DNA of 64,000 nt from contig JBNJNM010000015.1 in NCBI GenBank assembly GCA_052426225.1, forward strand, positions 1 through 64,000, given 5' to 3'. Below the pieces are notes generated by a model. The model saw only the letters and a list, made by a program, of their open reading frames with translations, made no database searches and was not told the origin of the DNA. This DNA is from Zancudomyces culisetae HAW-14-8 (taxonomy: Eukaryota; Fungi; Kickxellomycota). Of this stretch, positions 10,641-19,527 are shown one piece after another (positions within the stretch are counted from its first letter, which is position 1; each line of letters starts with the position of its first letter). The translations under genes and the position numbers were made by a program.

Positions 10641-13600
10641 ATGGTTTGTAAGGATGATTCTTGTGGTATAAATTAAGTAGGCGGTCACAGTTTAAATTCT
10701 CACTAGGTTCCCAAGATCGTTCAGCTGCGCTATGTCCTTTCCAATCAACCAAGTACTCGATTTTGTTGTATCGTTTTCTTGAATCGAGTATTTTTGCTAC
10801 TTCGTATTCATTTTGTCCTTCGACTGTGATTGCTGGAGGTGGTTCCTTGACTCGTCCTGGAATTTCATTAGGTTTGTATGGTTCCAATAGCGAAATATGA
10901 AATGTAGGATGAATCTTCATCGACTCTGGTAATTCTAGTTTATAAGCTACTTTTCCTATCCTTTTTAATACTTTGAATGGTCCAAGAAATTGGTGGTCTA
11001 ACTTCTTTGATGGTCTGTCAGTTTTTATATTCTTTGCATTTAACCACACTAGATCGTTTGGCTTGATTTCAGGTCCACTTGTTCTTTTCCTATCCGCGTA
11101 TAACTTAGATTTTTTGTTAGAATTATATAAATTAGTTTTTAATAATGTATTTATTTTTCTTAAGTTATTTATGTGTTCATCTGCTTCGGGTACTTGTGTA
11201 GTTGATAATTTGATTGTAGTGAAGTTCGGGTGATATCCCATGAGACTGTAAAACGGCGATGACTTTGTAGATGAGTGTTTAGAATTATTATACGAAAACT
11301 CTGCCATAGGTAATAGCGTGTCCCAATTATCTTGTTGATAAGAGATAAAAGCTCTAAGGTATTGTTCGAGAGTTTGGTTTGTTCTTTCTGACTGACCGTC
11401 AGTTTCTGGATGGAATGCTGAAGAGAGTTTAGATTTTATTTTCAGTAGTTTTAGTAATCTTTGCCAAAACTTTGAAGTAAATTGGCTACCTCGGTCAGTG
11501 ATTATTTCTTCTGGTAATCCATAGTTAGAGAAAATATGTTTCAGGAAGATGTCAGCAGTTTGTTGCGCAGTGGGAAGTTTCTTGATAGGCACGAATTTAG
11601 CCATCTTTGTAAACCGGTCTACCATTACTAGTATAGTTGTATACCCGTTGGATGGTGGTAACTCTACAATAAAATCCATTGTAACTGATTTCCACGGACC
11701 TGATGGAACTGGTAAAGGTGTTAGTAATCCAAACTTTCTGTGTCGAGGTATTTTTGTTCTTTTACAGATATCGCATGTTTCTATATATTTCCTTACATAG
11801 TTATTCATATCAGGGAACCAAAATGTGCGACGTAACAGGTCTAAAGTTTTCTTAATTCCATAGTGTCCAGCAGTTGTTGAATCATGGTGCATCTTGATAA
11901 CATCCAGCCTAGTGCTTTCTGGTAAATATATTCTTTCTTTGTACTTTATTATTCCATTGTCAATTCGATATATCGGTTGTTTATCATTATTTGATTTGGT
12001 CGGTAAATTTATTTTTTTCAGTAACTTAATTGCATATTTGTCTTTCTTAGACTCGTTTAGGATTTTAGATAATATAGGGTTATGTGGCTGGATAATTGCG
12101 TAAAGGAAGTTGGTATTGCGAAAGATGTTTTTAGGTAGTGGAGGACCTTGTTGGTATTCAGATCTTCTAGACAGTGCGTCAGGTTTGCCACCCTCAGTTC
12201 CCGGTCTGTATGTAATAAGGAAGTTATATCGTGATAGCGTAAGTGACCATCTTGCGTGCCGTCGGTTTAAGGTTTGAGCATTCTTAAAGTGTTCTAGATT
12301 TTTGTGATCCGTATATACAATTGTAGTTTGCTGTGTACCTTCGAGGTAATGTCTCCATTCTTTCATTGCTGTAACAATGGCAAGCATTTCCTTATCGTAG
12401 ATGTCGTAATTGATTTCCGCTGGGGTGAACTTTCTAGAGTAGTATGCAACAGGTCTTAATTCATTATCTTCATCATACTGCGATAATATTGCTCCCATAG
12501 CGTAATCCGAAGCGTCAGTCTCCACGATATATTGTTTGTCATGGTTAGGATAAGAGAGTAAAGGTAATCCAGCTAGATGTCTAATGAGTGTAGTAAACGA
12601 ATTCTGTTCTTCGTTGTTCCATTTAAATGCTATATCCTTTTTTAGTAAATTTGTTAAGGGTAACGCGATGTTTGCCATATTTGGGATAAATTTTCTGTAA
12701 TAGTTTACAAAACCTAAGAATACTTGTATATCTTTAATTGTTTTTGGTATTTCCCAGTCGATCAACTTGGCTACTTTTTGGGGATCAGATGTTATACCTT
12801 TTTGGCTTATTACGTGGCCTAAGAAATCGATCGATGTTTGGTGGAATTTACATTTTTCTAGTTTTGCATACAGTTTGTTTTCCTTGAGTATTTTTAGTAT
12901 TGTTCTTACATGGCTGTAGTGTTCCTCTAGACTAGATGAAAATATAAGTATGTCGTCAAGGTATGCAATAGCATATATATCCAGTGCTTCTCTGAGTATA
13001 TCATTCATAAACGTCTGGAATGTGGCTGGGGCATTAGTGAGCCCGAATGGCATCACCCTGTATTCATATAAACCGTATCTGCATCTGAAAGCAGTCTTCC
13101 ATTCATCACCAGGTCTGATTCGTACTAGGTTATATGCTCCTCTTAAGTCTAATTTGGTGAAGTATTTTGCCTTACTTAGATGATCGAACGATTCATCTAT
13201 TCTCGGTAAAGGGTATATATTTTTTGCTGTTATTTCGTTTATCTTTCGATAATCAACACAAGGGCGTAGGCCACCGTCCTTTTTATCTACAAACATTATT
13301 GGTGCTCCTATTTGTGACTTTGATTTAACTATAAAACCCTTTTTTAAATTTTCTTGGATGTAATCGTACAGTGCTTGTGACTCGACAACCGACAATGGGT
13401 ATATGGGTCCCATTTTCGGTAATATGTTTGACGTTAATTCTATTGGGCAATCATAACTTCTGTTTGGTGGTAATCTGTCTGCTTCGACTGGATCAAATAC
13501 CGATTGTAAATCATGATATTGTGGTGGAATATGTATAGGATCTGCGGAGTTGGATGTGTTGACGTTATCCGTATTGATGGAAAATGGTACTGGGTGATTG

Positions 13601-14226
13601 CTTTCGGTTTGGGTTTTATTTATGGGCTCAGACGGGGCATCATAGAATTCTTCATCTGAAGAAATATCTGGGCTACTAGGTCTATCTGCCTCGATATCAG
13701 AATGTTCATGAATTGGGGCTCTGAATACAGCATCTATTCTCTTTGGATTGCTAATACAGTTGTGTACACAGTAATTGGAGTTGAAAGATAATGAATGATT
13801 AATCCAGTGTATTTGTGGATTATGTTTACGTAACCAAGGTAATCCCAAGACTATGGCTATATCAATTGAGTTTATAGGTAGTAATGATATTTCTTCACAG
13901 TGGTTATTAGATAATGTTAGTGTAAACCCAATACAAGTTTCAGTTATGGGTGATCCAGTTATTTTATTACCGTCGATGGTTTCTAACTCGATGTGTTGTG
14001 ATATTGGTTTTCTGGGAAGGTTTAATCTTTTAGCTAACTTCTCCTGAATAAAGTTTCCTGTGGCACCGGAGTCAATTAGTGCCATTATTGGGACCGTAAT
14101 GTTGTTATAAGATAACTTTATTGGAAAAGTGAATTTCCTTAAACTGTCTGTAAGATTATTAACGCTAAATAGGTAACGAGAACCCAGTAATAACTTCCCA
14201 GGTATTACTGAGTGTGGACTTTTCCC
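10639..14226 (-). CDS. pol: Pol polyprotein (protease-RT-RNase H-integrase-chromodomain), reached by -1 frameshift from gag
   Basis: Open 1215-codon frame with ALIDSGATGNFI, YRVMPFGLTNAPATFQ, AYLDDILIFS, ETDASDYAMGA, HHDSTTAGHYG..CDIC, DFIVEL, TDRGSQF, HPETDGQSERTNQ and YEVAKILDSR..YLVDWKG..SWEP. Confidence 0.97.
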   Translation of the reverse strand, partial: GKSPHSVIPGKLLLGSRYLFSVNNLTDSLRKFTFPIKLSYNNITVPIMALIDSGATGNFIQEKLAKRLNLPRKPISQHIELETIDGNKITGSPITETCIGFTLTLSNNHCEEISLLPINSIDIAIVLGLPWLRKHNPQIHWINHSLSFNSNYCVHNCISNPKRIDAVFRAPIHEHSDIEADRPSSPDISSDEEFYDAPSEPINKTQTESNHPVPFSINTDNVNTSNSADPIHIPPQYHDLQSVFDPVEADRLPPNRSYDCPIELTSNILPKMGPIYPLSVVESQALYDYIQENLKKGFIVKSKSQIGAPIMFVDKKDGGLRPCVDYRKINEITAKNIYPLPRIDESFDHLSKAKYFTKLDLRGAYNLVRIRPGDEWKTAFRCRYGLYEYRVMPFGLTNAPATFQTFMNDILREALDIYAIAYLDDILIFSSSLEEHYSHVRTILKILKENKLYAKLEKCKFHQTSIDFLGHVISQKGITSDPQKVAKLIDWEIPKTIKDIQVFLGFVNYYRKFIPNMANIALPLTNLLKKDIAFKWNNEEQNSFTTLIRHLAGLPLLSYPNHDKQYIVETDASDYAMGAILSQYDEDNELRPVAYYSRKFTPAEINYDIYDKEMLAIVTAMKEWRHYLEGTQQTTIVYTDHKNLEHFKNAQTLNRRHARWSLTLSRYNFLITYRPGTEGGKPDALSRRSEYQQGPPLPKNIFRNTNFLYAIIQPHNPILSKILNESKKDKYAIKLLKKINLPTKSNNDKQPIYRIDNGIIKYKERIYLPESTRLDVIKMHHDSTTAGHYGIKKTLDLLRRTFWFPDMNNYVRKYIETCDICKRTKIPRHRKFGLLTPLPVPSGPWKSVTMDFIVELPPSNGYTTILVMVDRFTKMAKFVPIKKLPTAQQTADIFLKHIFSNYGLPEEIITDRGSQFTSKFWQRLLKLLKIKSKLSSAFHPETDGQSERTNQTLEQYLRAFISYQQDNWDTLLPMAEFSYNNSKHSSTKSSPFYSLMGYHPNFTTIKLSTTQVPEADEHINNLRKINTLLKTNLYNSNKKSKLYADRKRTSGPEIKPNDLVWLNAKNIKTDRPSKKLDHQFLGPFKVLKRIGKVAYKLELPESMKIHPTFHISLLEPYKPNEIPGRVKEPPPAITVEGQNEYEVAKILDSRKRYNKIEYLVDWKGHSAAERSWEPSENLNCDRLLNLYHKNHPYKP
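14177..14226 (-). promoter_or_regulatory. -1 programmed ribosomal frameshift signal (G GGA AAA, 7-nt spacer, stem-loop or pseudoknot)
   Basis: Gag frame TCG GGA AAA GTC; pol frame GGG AAA AGT. Stem CTCAGTAATA/TATTACTGGG; the loop GGGAA can pair with downstream TTCTC. Confidence 0.8.
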
Positions 14227-15005
14227 GACTGAGTTTTGTTTGGACAGCGAATAGCTATATGTCCTTGATTTCCACAATACATGCATAACCCAAGAGCTCT
14301 GCGTCTGTCCTTTTCTTCTTGAGAGAGATGTGGTCGCTGTTTGGTAACTAGTGCGTCTATTTCCATAGGTTCACCAGGTGGAAGGTCATCATGCATAGTA
14401 CTTTGAACAGGTTCTGCTTTAGTTGTTGGTCTCTGAAATGATGAATTATAATAACCCGGAGCGCTTCTTAACATTCGTCGATTGGAAAGGCGGTTATCAA
14501 CTTTTACAGCTAGAGCTATAGTGTCCTCCAGTTTTATAGGCATATCATTCATCATAAGAAAGTTCATGACATTGTCATTTAGTCCTCTTAAGAACTGGTC
14601 AATTAGTGCAGCTTGGTCAAATCCGCTGATTCTGGCTGAAGTCCTGAATTCGGCAGCATAGTTAGCCACGCTTCTTGGCCCTTGTTTACATCTACGTAAT
14701 TCTCCTCTAGCTCTTATTTCTTGGCTGGGGTCTGAAAAATTCTTCTTAAATAATTCCAAAAACTGAGCATAGTTTGCGAGGTCTGTTGATTTTTCCTCGA
14801 TGAGCGAGTTAAACCATATGGCTGTGGGTCCTGTTAAGTGTGCGCCAATAAATACTATTTTGTTTTTTTCAGTCTTGAATAGATCTCCACGTGCCCAAAA
14901 ATAAAGCTCAATGCTTGACATGAAGGCTTGGAATTCTGAAGGTTTCCCACTAAAACGTGGAGCGTCTGGAAGTTTAATGCTTGACTCGGTGAATATACTT
15001 GACAT
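14205..15005 (-). CDS. gag: Gag (capsid plus CCHC zinc knuckle) of element 2
   Basis: First ATG after the LTR is at 15005 (MSSIFTES). Motifs PRFSGKP, QGPRSVANYAAEFR, EPMEID, CMYCGNQGHIAIRC. Confidence 0.95.
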   Translation of the reverse strand: MSSIFTESSIKLPDAPRFSGKPSEFQAFMSSIELYFWARGDLFKTEKNKIVFIGAHLTGPTAIWFNSLIEEKSTDLANYAQFLELFKKNFSDPSQEIRARGELRRCKQGPRSVANYAAEFRTSARISGFDQAALIDQFLRGLNDNVMNFLMMNDMPIKLEDTIALAVKVDNRLSNRRMLRSAPGYYNSSFQRPTTKAEPVQSTMHDDLPPGEPMEIDALVTKQRPHLSQEEKDRRRALGLCMYCGNQGHIAIRCPNKTQSGKVHTQ

Positions 15006-15019
15006 GGTATCTTGAAGAG

Positions 15020-15030
15020 AAGTTTTACAA
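15020..15030 (-). promoter_or_regulatory. Self-priming primer-binding site (TTGTAAAACTT), complementary to the predicted transcript 5' end at 15123-15113
   Basis: No TGG tRNA-type PBS. 11/11 complementarity to LTR sequence AAGTTTTACAA lying ~30 nt downstream of TATATAAG (15157-15150). Confidence 0.8.
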
Positions 15031-15032
15031 AC

Positions 15033-15334
15033 TGTCAAGGTCTGGACTTGGATAAAATATATTTATTAGTAAACTAGACTATAAGTGAATAAACTAAACG
15101 AAACTAAACTCGTTGTAAAACTTATCGTTCCATCATGATAATCGTATAGCTTATATACTTTTCATGATGGGACGATAATTTTAAAATTATACTAATTTAA
15201 AACATAACTAAAACATAACTAAAACATTTAAATTAATAATGTGGAGGTCGGTAAATGTTATGGTTATAATTGATAAATTATATGAAACATTGTCCTGTGG
15301 AGACAAAGGTTTCATATAATTTAAAACCATAACA
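15033..15334 (-). repeat. 5' LTR of element 2
   Basis: Direct repeat of 10112-10413; contains a TATA box and the self-primer. Confidence 0.97.
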
Positions 15335-15363
15335 TTATTAACGGGAATTGGCCATTTCTAACA

Positions 15364-15990
15364 GTAACTCACAAAGACAATTTATCCAAACTTATACACA
15401 CCGCCAACAACAGCATCCCTGAAATAAATATGACCCTCGCTATCAATTCAGCAGATACTGTAGACTTCCTTGATAATACTGTTTACTTTAATACTGAAAT
15501 AAAAATCAGTCTCAATACGTATCTTAAACCACTTAATCTATACGGATAATTACTATTTTTTTATAAACACAGCATTTCTATTAAAAAAGCAGTTATATCT
15601 GGTGAACTAATCTGATATTATGACAATGCACAGATTATAATGACTTTGTTGATATTCGATAATTATTCAAATAACGACTACTAGCACCATGATATAACAT
15701 AAAATTCATAAATGACATATTCATTAAAAACACATACGATGTTAGAAAATTATTGCTAAAAACGACCAATAAACCTTCTAAAAACATTGTTCCATTAGTC
15801 ATACTCTACAACAAACATTCAAACTACCAAATATTACAAAGATTCATACAGGAACTCAACGCACCAAAACTGCTCTAAGTAAAAATTTAAGATTTATTAT
15901 TGCTTGAAAAAATCACCGAATCTTGGAGATTACCTACTAAAATTTGGGCTAAATAAAGCCCAAGCCGAATATATCAAAGATAATTATAGG
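15364..15990 (+). pseudogene. Decayed PLE reverse transcriptase, C-terminal (thumb) part; no GIY-YIG endonuclease seen
   Basis: Manual translation: TVDFLD, TYLKPLNLY, KKAVISGELI*Y, LFK*RLLAP*Y..FINDIF, IVPLVILYN, FIIA..KKSPNLGDYL. No CxxC or GIY-YIG motifs follow. Confidence 0.78.
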
Positions 15991-17138
15991 GCTGATTCAA
16001 ACCCAGCCACAATCCTATTCCTATAGATGCTCCAGCACGGAAAGTCTGTCTTCAAGGTAATTTTTCCAATGAATCGGAAGAACTTTAAATCAACCTCACA
16101 AACTCTGATAAATAATTTTGGAAATTCAAATTACCAACCTAATCACAAATATACTTAGCACTATTTTGATCAACCAAATTTTATTCTTGTATTTAAAAAA
16201 TATTTTCAGATACCAAGATTGAAAAATTATGCTATTTATACCAAATACCTTTTTTAGTGAAAATAATCATTAATGTAGCTAGAATTAATATTTATTCTTA
16301 TAATTTTCACAAATACAGATCGATATCAAACTGCTGACTATGTAACTTTAATATTTTTAAATTATTTTAATAATAGTTTAATAGATATAGCTTTTCTACA
16401 CCTATTATTAGATAAATAATATATTAACTTTTTAAAGCAGCTTCGATAGATAAATATGTAACTACCAACGAAGAACAATACATGGTTATTCATATTTCTA
16501 AAGCATAAAGAATATAACTATTATAATCAGATACAACCCACAACATTAATTTATAGATAGAAAGTAGCAAAAAGCAAGAACATAATATAAAATATGCACA
16601 TATTTAAATATCAAATTCAATTATATTTACAAGTGACCGTTATGATAATACAATTACAATCTACAATCATAATTTGAGTTTATTAAAAAATATTTTACAT
16701 TACTAATTCATTAATTCTACTTTAGTAAACTTGATTCAATATAAATATTCTATTCAAATCATAAAATCAATAATTTTAATATATCACAACTGAAGAGGAA
16801 CAATAAATTGTATTAGAAATGAAATCTGCAGTCCTTATTAATAAACCATAGTTTCATAATTCTTACTTTGCAACAACATAGGACTTTTAAGTCAATATAT
16901 AACTTTGTATATATAATGTGAGTTTCAAAAATGTCTTAAAATATTGAAAATAAATTTCAAAGTGTAATATCTCGCTCAATAATATCCAGATATTATATGT
17001 TATTTATAATATATAATGCACATTAGTTATATTAAAATTTTATAAAACTGTATTTTTATTGGTTATAAATTCATTATGAAATTAAAATTGAAAAAATTAT
17101 TAAATTGAGACAATTTTGGGAATTTTTCAAAAAAAACT

Positions 17139-17368
17139 TTAAAATTCTGTCCACCTTCCTTTAGACTTGTTAACTGCCTCAACACTTTTGGGCATACTAT
17201 CTATAAGACCAAGTATTGTTTCCACTGAAATTAAATTCCATTCCGTTTCTATTCGCTCCATAATTCGATCATCCCGAACGGAGGTTTGCTGTACCAATTT
17301 AGGCGTCTTACGGTGATTGTTCATATAGTTTCGATTGGGTTTAAGTCAGATAATGTGGCGGCCAGTCC
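17139..17368 (-). mobile_element. Tc1/mariner transposase C-terminal remnant
   Basis: DWPPH..DLNPIETI (cf. WPxxSPDLNPIE) and LIDSMPKSVEAVNKSKGRWTEF (cf. LxxSMPxRxxAVIxxKGxxTKY). Confidence 0.85.
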
Positions 17369-17732
17369 TGTCACAGAACGAGATTTATTGAATAAACAAG
17401 TTGTAATTCTTAGATAATTACAACGAAGCATAAACGAAATGATTAAATATAAGATAAAATATGAAGATTAATTATGGGTATTAAGAAGTAATATTATTGG
17501 CTATAACAGTTAGAGGGGCTTACTTAATTACCTAGTCGTTAAAAAAAGTCGTCAATATAATAGTTTTTTTACAAATTTAAACGCTTTAGGATTAAAATTC
17601 ACAATTAATAAAAAAAAACTTATAAAAACTCAAGTCTAATAAACAATAATAATGAAGCAAACGAGCCTTACCTTTGGTAATACCGGGACATCACAAAGTA
17701 GTTCAGCCAAAGGGAAAGCTAACAGCGCAACA

Positions 17733-18547
17733 TATATTACTACAGAAAGGAGGAGAAAATTGACAAACATACAATACACCCAAAGTATTTTTTTGCTGCA
17801 AGTCTGCACAACAATGAGGAAATACTTCCACAATTTATGCAAGAGCTGCTAAGGGTATTTAAATTATTGGGATTTGAAAATGTGTTCATATCGATATACG
17901 AAAATGGTTCTACTGATAAAACTAGAGAAATGTTAGAAAGCTTTTCAGCTCGTCTGGAGGAATACAAGGTTCAGCATAGGCTTAATATGAAGAATTCAAA
18001 ACGCCCTAAAAACTCTCACAGAATAGAATATTTGGCAAATGTTAGAAACAAGGCACTGGAGCCATACTATGAGTTTAGCGAGAAAAAAAGGCAGCAAAGG
18101 ATGTTAAGCGGTGATCGAAACATGGAGTTTGATAAAATTATATTTATCAATGATATTATGTTTTGCAGGAACGATATACTGGAACTGATTCTCCAATCTA
18201 ATAATAACCAGGCAGATATCACATGTCCAATGGATTTGGACTACTATGACAAAACAGATTCATCAGGAAATAAGATCCCAATAAAGACATTCCGTGATAC
18301 ATGGGTGGCGAGAGATATAAAGGGTGATGCGTTCAGAAAAAACATAAAGGATCTAACTACCGACAGCGAATCAAACAAAAGAGCAGAAAAGGGGCTACCA
18401 TTTCAAGTTCAATGCTGTTGGAATGGAGTTGTAGTATTAAATCCAAAGCCATTTGACAATCCGTTTAATCTAAGGTTTAGGAGATCAGTCCTTAATACAA
18501 CCGAATGTGCAGCATCAGAGTGCTCACTACTTTGCAACGATTATTAA
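17733..18547 (+). pseudogene. 5'- and 3'-truncated copy of the CAP59/CMT1-family mannosyltransferase
   Basis: Matches 53304-54118. Lacks the promoter, start codon and TM anchor because the duplication breakpoint falls inside the gene. Confidence 0.88.
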
Positions 18548-19195
18548 TTGTGCCGTTACCAGCTCAACCAAAGACGGTGATTCGGTTTCTCTCTTCTTAA
18601 CGGAGAGAGTAACCATTCTTTTTGACTCCCCTCCAAGGAGTCGCCCTACAAAAAAACTCCGCCATCCTTCACTACCACCTCTCTCCTCACTTCCTACAGT
18701 TGACATATCTGGGATACGTTCCAGAGTTTTATACCTAACTCCAGTCCAGTATTTACAGTCCAGTAGCATATGTTCAATAGTTTCTGCGCTGTTTTTTTTA
18801 CAAAATGGGCACCTAGTTTTGAACTTTTCATCCATTGTTCCCAGTTTTGCCAGGCTCTCTGCTGTCCAGAACCTACCTGTTCTTATTCTCCCTATCTCCA
18901 TAAGCCCCTGCTTATGCTCAGGGTATATAAGTTGTAGGTAAATTCAATTACCCATTGCCTCGAGATTCCTGTCTAATAACCATCTCGAGATTTTAGACTT
19001 GTCATTACGAGAATATAGTTCTAATAGTACGCTCCTCGTTGTTTTGCCCTTTTCCGATCCAATATATTTTTTCATCCGTTTTTTCGTTCCCGTAACCCAA
19101 GTGTTGGATCTGTTTGACATTGGGATTAAAATTAAATCAGCAATCCATGTTTTTAGTGTTGGCCATTTCTCAAACGCTCTTTCCCTCCAAACTCT
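18548..19195 (-). mobile_element. Non-LTR retrotransposon (LINE) C-terminal fragment with zf-RVT-like zinc finger
   Basis: RAFEKWPTLKTWIADLI..TWVTG, then RIRTGRFW..CPFCKKNSAETIEHMLLDC. Flanked by TTATTAA on both sides. Confidence 0.85.
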
Positions 19196-19527
19196 TTATT
19201 AAACGGAAAGTTGGCTTAGCACTTTATTGTAAGCCATAATTTTATATATACATAAACTCGAATACAAAAATGATAGCAGTTAAAAAACAACTTTACTTCA
19301 GCTTTTTCGTTGTCGGACTTTTTTTGTATCATAGATTTATTAAATAAACATTATTTAAATTTTCGGTTCATGAAACATGTAGAAACCAACACTAAAAAAT
19401 AACACCTGCTTTAATAAATTCTCCATATCCCTCTAAGGGCTCTAAATTCATTGAGCGTTATTCTAATGAGGTTTTTTTTTCATAAAAAATGTAATCTATT
19501 ACATTTTAAGCTGATAAACTCAAGAGT

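Larger units (their letters stand above)
10112..15334 (-). mobile_element. Intact, young Ty3/gypsy chromovirus (Tf1/sushi-like) LTR retrotransposon (element 2)
   Basis: LTRs 10112-10413 and 15033-15334 (302 bp, no differences seen). Perfect TSD TTATT (10107-10111, 15335-15339). G-rich PPT at 10414-10428 (minus strand). Uninterrupted gag and pol. Confidence 0.98.
9424..15363. mobile_element. Probable solo LTR (9424-10111 plus 15340-15363) inserted in the PLE RT and itself split by element 2
   Basis: TGTT...AACA ends. The PLE reading stops at 9423 and resumes at 15364. An internal TTTCGAA(A)GGGTTT segment and the CTAACA end resemble 34305-34870. The TSD is only partial (AAAAC/GTAAC). Confidence 0.55.

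Noticed and set aside
16790-16835. Possible hammerhead ribozyme core (CTGAAGAG...GAAA) downstream of the PLE; also CTGATGA at ~31615
   Set aside because: Could not build convincing stems I and III by eye. An Infernal search would be needed.
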